A DNA stretch of 64,000 nt from Eledone cirrhosa (Eukaryota): the NCBI GenBank assembly GCA_964016885.1, contig OZ024755.1, positions 37,572,001 through 37,636,000 on the forward strand, in the 5' to 3' direction. The position numbers and the translations under genes were made by a program. How positions within the stretch are numbered: position 1 is the first letter of the stretch; every line of letters starts with the position of its first letter. This document shows positions 53,225-64,000 of the stretch, piece after piece. The notes under the pieces were generated by a model. It saw only the letters and a program-made list of their open reading frames with translations, had not been told where the DNA came from and made no database searches.

Positions 53225-53792
53225 ATCAGGTCGAGCTTGCTCGGCTTTAGCTTTCAATAGCTGGATATACACTTGCGGTCGCTACTCCATACAAGTGAAA
53301 GCAGTACTCTGTATTAGAGCGGTTGTGCCTCACCGAAACATCCAACAGTAGTTGATATGATCGCCTTGCCACTAGTAGTATGAACCAAATTCACAGTTAC
53401 TTGATCATTGCCTTATCTACTGATCGGACATCCTGGTTACCAATGTCGTCGGATTGGTTTGACAGATTGCCTATCAAGGCCAAAGAGCTCTGTCCGCCCC
53501 GGCTTTGAAATCAGAGTGGTCCCTCTCCTCGACAGATTGCCGACCAAGGCTACCAGATATATATATATATATACATACACTATATACACATTTACACAAT
53601 TTTTGGATGGCCGTTGACTCTTATGAGCTCTTCCGCCCTTTGTCAGGTTTTGTTTTTGTCCTGCAGGATGTCCAAAATCACCCTCCTCACCAAGTAAACT
53701 TGATGGGGTTGCCGGTTTAGTCGCCGACGACCCGACCATGCAACAGGTTGTACCGGGTTACATGTTACCAGTAGCACTCGAGAGTGGCCTGA

Positions 53793-53795
<3 letters not shown>
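53225..53795 (-). mobile_element. Probable RTE-like 5' UTR fragment interrupted by (TA)n
   Basis: Minus-strand TAGCCTTGGTCGGCAATCTGTCGAGGAGAGGGACCACTCTGATTTCAAAGCC resembles RTE 5' UTR motifs (from memory). Confidence 0.45.
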
Positions 53796-53826
<31 letters not shown>

Positions 53827-56313
53827 TATATAAAAAATAAGTATTTTTATCTTATATATATATATATATATACAAATGTATATATGTGTGTGTATGTATA
53901 TACAAATGTATATATGTGTATGTATGTATATACATGTATACATATGTATATATTTATGCATAAATATGTATGTATGTAAGTAAGTATGTATATGCATAAA
54001 TATGTTTGTGTGTGTATATATATATATAAGTACTTATGTCCAATATGTTGAAACTCTCATTTATTTCTTCCCAAGATGAAATGTGTAAGACTTTGTGGGC
54101 TAACTAATCATTAGCGATTTAACGGCCGCTTTCCCTGCTAGCATCATCATCATCATCATGCAGGAATGGCCGGCAGACCATGTCTTGCTCGTACAGAACT
54201 CTCTCTGGCAGGTTTTTTACAGCTGGATGCCCTTCCTAACACCAACCACCTTTACAGTGTGGACTGGGAGCCTTTTCACCGTGTCTTCTACAGTGTGGAC
54301 TGTACGTTGGGTTAAGAGGTCCCTACTGACTGTAGGTTTGTATGCAATGGCAGTCAGGTCTTCTGTACAACTGCATAGCACCAAAGGTCTCGATCCAGTG
54401 ACATTGTCTTAGAGAGGTGTGAGCAAGGTCAGTTTTTATCACGTCATCCCATGTTTTTGGGGGTCTACCCACTCCGTAGCGTCCATCAATTTTCATTGCC
54501 CTGCACATTTTCCTAACACCAACCACATTTACTGTGTGTGATGGGTGCTTTGCCGTGTCGCCTACATGACCACTTTACAGAGTGGACTGGGTGCTTTTTG
54601 TCGTGACACCTACACAACCATTTATAGTGCAGACTGGGCACTCGCTTTTCTCATGACACCTACATGACCACTATAGTGGCTGGGCTCTTTTGTCATGGGC
54701 CCAGGAGGGATCACGTTATAGAGGAGGTTGGTAACTAGGGAGGGGTGGGGAAGATGCTTTTGGAAATTGGGGACATAGGTATAAGGGAGGTTTATGGAAG
54801 GGGAGATGGTAGGCAATGGTGCTGCCTGAGCCCAAGAATAATAGAGGGCAAGTCTTCTGTAATATTTCATAACACCAGAGTTCATGGTCCTGTGTCATCG
54901 CCTTAGTGAGGTGTAATTGAGCAGAGTCAGCTCTTATTACCTCATTCCAAGTCTTCCTATGCCTGCCCACTCCATGGCTACTGTCAACTTTGAGCGCTCT
55001 GCTCCTTTTTATACAGCTGTCATCCTTCATACACATCACATGTCCATACCAACACAATCTCCTCTCCTGCACACAACATCTGATTCCTCTTTTGCCTAAT
55101 TTCTCACACAGTCCATTTATGCTTGGCTGTGCACATCCATCAAAGCATGGAGGCTTCATTTCTTTCCATATATATATATTAGTAATACAGAAGACCTGCC
55201 TTTCCTACGTACAAAGTTAAACCTACAGTCAGTAGGCCCTTCCTAACCAAATATACACCCCAACCCACTACCCCTGCTCCATCCTCCTACTCCCACCAAC
55301 ACCACCCTTTCTCTGTAAAGTTATGTTGGTACCACAGAACATCCAGTCCAAACTAACAAAAAAAAACACAGTCCACGCTGTAATGTGGCCGTGTGGGTAA
55401 CACGGTAAAAAGTTCCCAGTCCACACTGTAAATGTGATTGGCGTTAGGAAGGGCATACAGCCGTAGAAAATCTGCCAGATAGTCCTATACGAGCGAGACA
55501 CACCCGATCAATCTTGCCTCAAGTGGGACAATTCCCATCTAACCCATGCTAGCGTGGAAGATAGACGTTAAACGATGATGATGATGATATATCTTTGGCG
55601 GTACTCAGTAACAGAGAAGACCCGCCTTACCTAAATATATATAGTAAAACCTACTCCAGCCAGTAGGCATCTCTAACAAAATACACCCCGTCCCACCACC
55701 ACCACCCCCACCCCATCCACACCACCCCGTTCTATGTAAAGTTATGTTGGTGCCACACCATCCAGGCCGAAACAAATGAGATCGTGTAGGTGTCACGACA
55801 AAAAAACACACAGTCCACGCTGTAATGTGGCCGTGTAGGCAACACGGTAAAAACCTCCCAGCCCCACACTGTAAACGTGGTTGGTGTTAGGAAGGGCATC
55901 CAGCTGTAGAAAACCCGCCAGACAGTCCACGCTGTAATGTGGCCGTGTAGACAACACGGTAAAAACCTCCCAGACCCACACTGTAAATGTGATTGGTGTT
56001 AGGAAGGGCATCCAACTGTAGAAAACCTGCCAGACAGTCCTATGTGAGCAAGACAATCACTCTTACCTCAAGTGGGACTACCCCCGTCCAAACCCATGCA
56101 AGCGTGGAACACGGGACGTTAAACGTTGATGATGATGATGATGATGATGATGGTCATTTCCAACTCTGTTTCTTGTTTTCTTCTGCAACAACTCCAACAA
56201 AACCATCATCATCAACACCACCAATAACAATAACATATAAAAACAGTGAAAACAATAAAAAAAAGAGATACAATCAAATAGAAAAATAAAATAAAAATAA
56301 AAAGTTGACTGAC

Positions 56314-56445
56314 CATTTCTAGCAAAGTTGCCAATGGCAAGAGCTCCTGATATCTGTAGATACTGATTAGTTCCTTCCAGCCAACTAATAGATTCACCAT
56401 ACACTGTCCCTTTACCTTTTTGGAAAAGGATTTCCATGCTTTTGT
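56314..56445 (-). CDS. RAP1GDS1: RAP1GDS1 exon (132 nt): DKSMEILFQKGKGTVYGESISWLEGTNQYLQISGALAIGNFARN
   Basis: CCAG| acceptor and |GTCAGT donor. GALAIGNFARN(D) is a SmgGDS signature. Confidence 0.95.
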
Positions 56446-56522
56446 CTGGAATTGACCAAATGTTAAGAAATAATTCTTTATATGTAAATATACACACACA
56501 CACACATATATATACATATATA

Positions 56523-56907
56523 CGAGGGTAATCCCAAAAGTAAGGTCTCCAAAGCAATGGGGACGCAGAGAAACTGTTCGTACGGCTGTTGGCAACACTG
56601 TTGTGATTGGTGCTTCCTTTACTCCCAAACAAGCATGCGCGAGCTTCGCTGGGATGCTCAATCTTGGCTTGGCAGCCGTTGAGCTCCCGTTGAACGCTAC
56701 AGCCAAGTGCAAATTTTGTGCAGTTATTATATAGAGGGCAATCCTAAAAGTAAGGTCTCCTTCCGAGAAAAACATGCGTAAAGATCGGCGGATCACTCTG
56801 GATGCTCTCTGCATTTTGGTTCTTGAGGTTTCCCGAAGCACCATCCACAGGATTTTAATGGAAAAGTTGCAAATCGGAAGGAGACCTTACTTTTGGGATT
56901 GCCCTCA
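56523..56907 (+). mobile_element. Mariner-derived deletion element with TA TSD and an extra internal TIR
   Basis: TIR CGAGGGTAATCCCAAAAGTAAGGTCTCC / GGAGACCTTACTTTTGGGATTGCCCTCA, with a third TIR copy at 56733-56760. Transposase remnant DRRITL......VSRSTIHRIL.EKL. Confidence 0.85.
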
Positions 56908-58654
56908 TATATATATATCTATACACATATACATACATACACACACACATATATAAAGAAATTTGTTTTCAAATATAAAAACTGGAATGGTGTAGGTGAA
57001 AAAAGTTAAATCAGCTCAAAATAGAACTTCTTATAATAAACTGTATACACGGCTACATATAATTTAGAAATAATTATATAAACTCCTACTGTGTTAGATT
57101 ATTGACATGTAGAGCAAGTTATCCATTAAAATATCTTACCAAACAGTATGATTTATATCATAATTTAACTGTTTCATATATATATATATAATTAAATTAG
57201 TCCAGAAACCCTCAACAAATGCCCTAGACTAAATGACAGCCTGCACTCATGGCTCCTGCTAAACCAAACCCTCCAAATTCAGCAAACCAAATGCTGATCA
57301 CCTACCTTCCCAAACATGGCAAACCGAACCGCAACAGCCACCTAGTAGGGAAGAAAGACGTTACCAAGCTGCAGCTGTCATATTACGTAGTTTCTATATA
57401 ATATAGCTAATATATATTATTATCTTCGGTGTCAATGATCCCATTATGTAGCAGGCTGCACCTTCTCCCGTAATCTCTCCACTTTAAACCCTCGAACTAT
57501 CCACCTAGATGACATGATGATGATGAAACATATTCCATGGCTGCAGCTCCTGACCTCTAAGATGAGCCAGGCACCTGCATCCTGCACGACAGAGTGCTCA
57601 GACAGGCTGGCATCTTGCTCGTATACAATCCTGAACTCTAATGAGTGCATTTTGTCATGGTACCAGCACTAAGAGAAACATCCCCTTGGCCTTTTTTTAG
57701 ACAGGTTTTCTATGGTTGGATGCCCTTCCAATCAACAAGCACTTTAAAGAGTGTAGTGAGTGCATTTATCATGTAACTCACCAACACTAGAGAGGTTGTC
57801 ATGTCTTTGACACAACATGAGAGTCTTCCAGAATATTTGTTTGGCAGGTATTGCATGGCTGGATGCTCTCCCAATCACTAACCACTTTACAGCGTGTACT
57901 GGGAGCCTTTATTGTGTAGCTCACCAACTCTGAAGATGTTGTCAAACCCTTGACACAACTGCAGAGTCCTCACAACCATTTTACGGCAAGGTTTCTACAG
58001 GGAGACATCCTTCCTATCACCAGCCACCTTAGAAAGTGACCCTTTATTTCCCATTGCTCCAGTTCACTCAGCTGAAAATAATGGGTTGTACCTGTACTTG
58101 AAAGGGCCAGCCTTATCACATTCAGTGACATGAAGAGAACTATTTTAAGTACACAGTCTGTGGAATACTCAGCCACTTGTATGTTAATTTTGTAAGCAGT
58201 CTATACCATTAATCAACAACTGGAAACTTGTTGTAACCAATAGAGGTTTAGCAGGTAGAAAGAAGGTTCACTCTTTTCTGACTGTATTTCTCATGAAATA
58301 CACTTTATTTCAATTAATTAAGGAAGAATTTTGTGGTATTTTACTAAAATTATGAATTATTTCATTAATACAAATTATTCTTATATAAAATTATATTGGA
58401 AGATTTTAATTTAATAGGAACCTGTCAAAATGGTTGGTTTTGTATCATAGAACAAGAGCAAGTTTTCAACAGGTTGGTATCAAAAGGGTTAAATATAAAT
58501 AGGAACTCTTTAAAATGGGTGGTTTTGTTTCACTGAACAAGAGCCAGTGTTTGGCAGATTGGTATTAAAAGTATTTACAACAAACGTGTTATTGAAAATA
58601 TTTTTCCGTTAACCTCATCAGTGCCGTAGATGAGATAACTCGTCCTAACATGTT

Positions 58655-58902
58655 TGAACTCCTATCCTTTAGTTCATAACTTCAAAGTTATGAACTCGTT
58701 TCCAACAGTTCATAACTTCAAAGTTATGAACTCGTTTCCTACAGTTCATAACTTCAAAGTTATGAACTCATTTCCAACAATTCATAACTTCAAAGTTATG
58801 AACTCATTTCCAACAGTTCATAACTTCAAAGTTATGAACTCGTTTCCAACAGTTCATAACTTCAAAGTTATGAACTCGTTTCCTACAGTTCATAACTTCA
58901 AA
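58655..58902. repeat. 36-bp tandem repeat (about 7 copies) containing the palindrome AGTTCATAACTT-CA-AAGTTATGAACT
   Basis: 12-aa periodicity MNSFPTVHNFKV. Confidence 0.92.
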
Positions 58903-59032
58903 GCTAGATGGGGTTACTAGTTTATTGATGTGACATTTGTCAATCAAAATAGTCATCTTACTGAAAAAAAAAACCTAGCACAGCAACTGTAGTTGTGTAA
59001 AATATATGTGGCAGTCAACAGGTTAATCTTAC

Positions 59033-59176
59033 CTCCAGTTAAAAGTAGAACAATTAAATCTGAAAATGTTTTAATAAATTGCTGGTTTGATTCTCCCTTT
59101 TCTTCAAGACTTGAATGGATAGAGTTGATTAAATGGTCACATAAGAAGCTTTCAGCAAGTTTCAATTTGATTTCAT
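59033..59176 (-). CDS. RAP1GDS1: RAP1GDS1 exon (144 nt): DEIKLKLAESFLCDHLINSIHSSLEEKGESNQQFIKTFSDLIVLLLTG
   Basis: TTCAG| acceptor and |GTAAG donor. SDLIVLLLTG(D) is a conserved SmgGDS motif. Confidence 0.92.
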
Positions 59177-59604
59177 CTGAAAGAGAATGTTCCAGAACAG
59201 ACATTTATTTCTCTGGAATCTCTCATCCACACCAACATCACTATCATCACCAATCACCATCACTCTTACTTCTACCAACACCATGGTTACACAAAAGTTC
59301 TTATGTAAAATTGGAATTTTTTTTTTTTAGATAAATATAAACGCATTAAAATAAACAGCTTACTATGATAGAACCATGGAAGGTTTTGAGCAGTTAGGTA
59401 TCAAAAGGTGCTGTTTGGAAGATAACAAAGGTTCTTACAAATATTTATGATGAAAAGCTTTTAGATAACTATAAACATTTTAAAAATAGACATTTTTGTA
59501 TTGTAGAACCAGGGGCAGTTTCAGGTGGTTTGGTATAAAAAAGGGTTAATATTTATAATAATATCCCATAATACATAAATATCAAAGAAAAGGATTCAAC
59601 ATAC

Positions 59605-59730
59605 CATTTTCAGCTAAATTACACAATAAATCCAGAACTGCATCTTGTGCATTGTTGCCTTTTGATGATTGCATAAAATCCAACACTGATTCGTAAGTAC
59701 CACATGATGCAATTTTTTCACGTCCAAATT
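59605..59730 (-). CDS. RAP1GDS1: RAP1GDS1 exon (126 nt): EFGREKIASCGTYESVLDFMQSSKGNNAQDAVLDLLCNLAEN
   Basis: TGTAG| acceptor and |GTATG donor. Ends in LAEN(D), as in SmgGDS. Translated by hand. Confidence 0.88.
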
Positions 59731-60036
59731 CTACAAATAGGACAATGGAGGTTTATTAGGAAATGGTTTTTAAAAAGTTAACTTTAATATAATGATTTTT
59801 AACGTAGGCTTTAGGCATTGCTGTGTGGTTAAGGAGTTAACAACCACAGGTTCAATCTCAGTTCAAGGTATAATTGAATCGATCAACAAGATCCCAGACC
59901 TCATTCACTTACTGAGTGGAACTTTTAGGCGGGAAGTGGTCATCAGTCATCCCGTCTAATTGGTTATGGTTTACTGGTACATTTCAAACAAGAAATAAAG
60001 ACATACTTCAATTTATGTTACAAAAAATATTTTATA

Positions 60037-60716
60037 TGTAGGAGCAATTACAAAATATATACGAATACATTAATGCTCCTAGGTTGGGAATATATTTAAA
60101 ACGTCAAATACTGCCACATGGTGTTGGTGTCATCTCTTGAGTCGATGCGTGATTATCACACGTCTATTGTCTCCAAGTGTTATTATCCAAGTGTGTGTCT
60201 CAGCCACTGACGTCAGAACTAAGGGCAGTTAATCGACTGTGTAGGCAGTCAACACTAGATGGCGTGATTTTCTACATGGCCTCCCACCAGATTTTTAGAA
60301 AATTAAATAAAAATCGGTTCATAAAATCATGCATGTAGAAAAACCGATTAGCAATCAGCAAAAATCCCAAACCAAGGAGCAATCAGCCCAACCAAGCTTG
60401 AAGGGCACAAAAAATTTCAAAAGTGTTTATTCAAAAAAAGCATGCAAGAATGTGAAAGGAAAAAACAAATGTCATATGTAGGAGCAATTACAAAATATAT
60501 ACGAATACATTAATGCTCCTAGGTTGAGAATATGTTTAAAACGTCAAATACTGACACATGGTGTTGGTGTCATCTCTTGAGCCACTGTGTGATTATCACA
60601 CGTCTATTGTCTTCAAGTGTTATTGTCCAAGTGTGTGTCTCAGCCACTGACGTCAGAACTAAGGGCAGTTAATTGACTGTGTAGGCAGTCAACGCTAGAT
60701 GGCGTGATCTTCTACA
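60037..60716. mobile_element. TRIM-like structure: two 240-bp TG...CA direct repeats (60037-60276, 60477-60716) around a 200-bp non-coding core
   Basis: Both repeats start TGTAGGA and end TCTACA. No TSD seen. Confidence 0.65.
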
Positions 60717-61321
60717 AACTCATCAAATCGGACCAAGCAAACAATATTTCCATTGGTCTTTCCATTGCTGATTCTGCTGGTTGTAACTATTGGCAGAAAG
60801 AGCAACATGGAATAAAGTGTTAGGAGGGGAATCCAACCAGTATATATTAATGCCAAAAACTATGAGTACAACAAATGAGAAATCAGCTCAAGGACATATT
60901 GCATCACCCAGTCCGAGAGTTGAACTTGCGATCTCATAATTGTAAATCCAATTCTCTAACCACTAAGCTATGTGCCTAATAGAATAATGGTTTCTTATAT
61001 AGGCACAGCGGCAGCAATTTTGGGGGAGGGGAAAGTCGATTAAATCGACCCAAATGCATGACTGGTACTTTATTTTATCGACCCCCAGTGCGTGACAGGT
61101 GCTTTATTTTATCAACCCTGTAAGGATGAAAGGTAAAGTTAACCTCGGTGGGATTTGAACTCAAATCATAAAGGGCCGTAACTCTATGCTGCAAAGCATG
61201 GTGTCCAACCATCTACCGATACTGCCACTCCACCGCCCTTCGTGACTAATAGAATAATACAATGAAATAAGAAGAATGTAGGAATACAATGACACCCTCA
61301 AGAAACCCAAATGTCACTCAC

Positions 61322-61450
61322 CTGTTTCTGCTAAGCTATCAAGTGCCAAAAGAACCATATAAGGTAATCCTTCTTCATCTGAGTAGTTTTTTAGATAATC
61401 TTGCAATATATCCAAGGCGCCACTTTCAAGTGCTTTCTTCTGCAGCAAAT
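61322..61450 (-). CDS. RAP1GDS1: RAP1GDS1 exon (129 nt): NLLQKKALESGALDILQDYLKNYSDEEGLPYMVLLALDSLAET
   Basis: TACAG| acceptor and |GTGAGT donor. Open, in frame with both neighbours, ARM-like. Translated by hand; not in the ORF track. Confidence 0.85.
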
Positions 61451-62059
61451 CTGTATTGGAATAAATTGTAGGCTGCTACAATGCAGGTTTCACTATAAAC
61501 TAGTAAAAAAATGTTAGGCATATAAATCCCTAAAGATGGAAAGAAAATGAGACAAATCGTAGGCAGGAATTGAACATGCATCTGCTGTATACTGGACAAC
61601 TGTGTTACAATTACACCAAAGCAAGACCAACCCACTTTTTAAGTCTTATCTTTCATCCAGGAGATGTAAACAGAGAAAGAACCATTTTATGAAGCATTAT
61701 GGCTGACTGAATACACACATACTTTCACCATTCTTATAATCATGCATTTTACGCCTGCTTTCCATGTTGGTATGGATTAGGATGATTTCTACAGTTGCAT
61801 ACCCTTCATAATGCCAACCACATTTTATATATATATATATTTGCTTGATTTTGACAGTCACTAGAATGAGTACTCTATACCACTGTAGAGTCTCCTCTGA
61901 TGACCCTGTGAGTATACAGGAGAAACTCCAGGGTAACAAGACTCAAGCTTGGCCATAAACCAGACTTCCTATGAGCCCAGGCTGAGGCTGAAGCATATAT
62001 ACAGTATGTACCACCCCATCCCAACTTCCCATACATCTCTCATGAGGACATGCTGAAAC

Positions 62060-62650
62060 ACTGTAAAGTGGTCATGATAGTGACACAGTAAAAACACTCA
62101 GCCTACACTGTAAAGTGGTCATGACAAAAAGCACCCAGTCCACTCTGTAAAGTGATCATGTAGGTGTCATGACAAAAAGCACCCAGCCCACACTGTAAAG
62201 TGGTCGTGTAGGTGTCATAATAAAAAGCACCCAGTATACACTGTAGAGTGGTGGTGTAGGTGTCATAACAAAAAGCACCCAGCCCACACTGTAAAGTGGT
62301 CGTATAGGTATCATAACAAAAAGCACCCAGTCCACACTGTAAAGTGGTCATATAGGTATCATAATAAAAAGCACCCAGTCCACACTGTAAAGTGGTCATA
62401 TAGGTATCATAATAAAAAGCACCCAGTCCACACTGTAAAGTGGTCGTGTAGGTGCCACGACAAAAAGCACCAAGTACTAACTGTAAATGAGGTTGGGGTT
62501 AGGAAGGGCATCCAGCTGTAGAAATCAAGCCAAAATCAGTTCTGAGTGAGCAAGACATGGTCACCTGACCTAACATTGCCTACAACCGAACAACTCGTCT
62601 AACCCATGCCAGTGTCGAAAAATCAACAAAAAATGATGATGATGATAATG
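62060..62650 (+). mobile_element. Abundant short retroposon ending GGTGTTAGGAAGGGCATCC...CCCATGC...(GAT)n, here with about 8 internal 48-bp repeats
   Basis: Other copies at about 1-165, 18620-19036, 20075-20260, 24235-24385, 32420-32800, 34205-34412, 36780-37110, 43103-43420, 50850-51005 and a cluster at 54115-56150. Several adjoin RTE-like GRP.KTW tails. Confidence 0.75.
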
Positions 62651-62994
62651 ATACACATGTTTTCCTGGCTGAATATACTTAAGTGCAGAGTAGGCACAGA
62701 AATATGGTAAAATCCCAATGGAGGGCTCTCTCTCCATTTTGGCTAAACCCCAGGTGAACCCACAAATTAGTGTTTGGGTTAAAATAGCCCACGTGAAATC
62801 TTCTCTTTAATTATAATTTAAAAAATACATAGAAATCCAGAAACAGCTAATTTACCTCTTGAGAAAGTGAAATTTACCAAATAGGGGCAAAATTCATTCT
62901 GAGTTGGGAACCCCTATTAAAGGTTCCCTGGTAAAATCTCAATAAGAGAGTTATGTGATAGAAGTGTTATATGTTCTGTGATAGTTTGACTTAC

Positions 62995-63141
62995 TGTGTG
63001 TATTGGTAATGTTTAGTAATAGACCACAGGCCACTGTACGAAGTTTTCCGATGTCACCACCTTTGTTATTATTGATATCTCTCATCAGGTCCAGCAAACA
63101 CTTCAGTCCATTCGTGGCATCGACACAATTTCGGGCATTGT
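62995..63141 (-). CDS. RAP1GDS1: RAP1GDS1/SmgGDS coding exon (first in window, 147 nt, phase 1-1): DNARNCVDATNGLKCLLDLMRDINNNKGGDIGKLRTVACGLLLNITNTH
   Basis: CCAG| acceptor and |GTAAG donor on the minus strand. ARM-like peptide resembles the vertebrate SmgGDS exon ending ...LLTVFCGMLMNYSNE. Upstream exons lie beyond the window. Confidence 0.9.
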
Positions 63142-63162
63142 CTGGATGACAGAAAAACAAAA

Positions 63163-63371
63163 GATTAGCATTTAAACTGGCCATATCGGCCAGAATTCTC
63201 TCACCTCTTTCTGTTCAAACTGGTCGTAATCGGCCACTCATACTGATGTTAAGGTATTGTTCTCAAAATAAATAATATCAAAATCTCATAGATTCGATAT
63301 TATGTGAGGTAAAGCCTTTACCGTGAAAATATAATAGTATATATAGAGTAATGTAAATGGTAAAGGGTTAA
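63163..63371. mobile_element. piggyBac-like MITE (about 210 bp); relatives at about 28930-29097 and 48160-48515
   Basis: Ends ...GTAAATGGTAAAGGGTTAA. Body shared with the other copies. Confidence 0.7.
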
Positions 63372-63589
63372 ATTAATTACATTATCATTATGGCAGTGGA
63401 TTGGCAGTATCAGTAGAGTTACGGCCCTTTACATTCTGAGGTCAAATCCCACTAAGGGTAGCTTTGCCTTTCATCCTTTCGGTGTCAATAAAATAAAGTA
63501 CCAGTAACACACTGGCGTCGATTTAATCAACTTTCCCCTCTCGCAAAGTTGATGGCCTTGTGCCTAAATCAGAAACCATTATTACAAGC

Positions 63590-64000
63590 GGCCGAAATGG
63601 GATTTCTCTGAAGGGTCTTTGGAGTAACGTTACTTGATAGAGTTGCGTAGCTCAGTGATTAGAGAGTTACTTGTGGTAGAGCTGCTACTCCTCCAAATTG
63701 AGAGATCACAGCTCTGATACTATGGACATGTGGTTAGAATGTCTCAGGAAAGAGTCACTGGAGAGTCACTCAAGGTAGAGCTGTTACTTCTCTGAATTGA
63801 GAGATCACAGCTCTGATACTATGGACATGTGGTTAGAATGTCTCAGGAAAGAATCACTGGAGAGTTACTCCAGGTAGAGCTGCTACTTCTCTGAATTGAG
63901 AGATCACAGCTCTGATACTATGGACATGTGGTTAGAATGTCTCAGGAAAGAATCACTGGAGAGTTACTCCAGGTAGAGCTGCTACTTCTCTGAATTGAGA
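63590..64000 (+). mobile_element. RTE fragment running into a second 99-bp tandem array (cut by the window end)
   Basis: Same unit as 44790-46850, preceded by single-copy RTE sequence (AEMGFL.R..GVTLLD). Confidence 0.85.

Noticed and set aside
57375-57435. Minus-strand CCGAAGA-hairpin-GAAACTACGTA
   Set aside because: Core mutated and stem I absent. An AT-rich hairpin could be chance.
58590-58626. Minus-strand CTGATGA GGTTAAC GGAAAAATATTTTC as a hammerhead
   Set aside because: No stem I pairing and no proper stem II.
58655-58902. 36-bp palindromic repeat as a CRISPR array
   Set aside because: There are no unique spacers; it is a simple tandem repeat.

Overview
Eukaryotic, AT-rich, microsatellite-saturated genomic DNA. 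The repeat landscape looks like an octopus/cephalopod genome, but that is inference. Most ORFs in the supplied track are microsatellite or satellite artefacts. Real content: (1) the last 11 coding exons of a minus-strand RAP1GDS1/SmgGDS armadillo-repeat gene (63141 down to the stop at 32223). All have GT-AG ends and every intron is phase 1. (2) A Helitron with both ends intact (13947-18452, minus strand) whose RepHel keeps the Rep/HUH domain but lacks the helicase. (3) Fragments of CR1-like, RTE-like and R4/Dong-like LINEs, many tRNA-derived SINEs, hAT, mariner and piggyBac-like MITEs, a TRIM-like LTR pair and several satellites born inside transposons. (4) The most striking signal: about a dozen type I hammerhead-ribozyme motifs from several unrelated sequence families. 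They sit in short non-coding modules inserted in (TA)n tracts, often as inverted (two-strand) or partial-tandem repeats. This resembles Penelope-like pseudo-LTRs or retrozyme-like non-autonomous elements. All structures were folded by eye and none has been tested.
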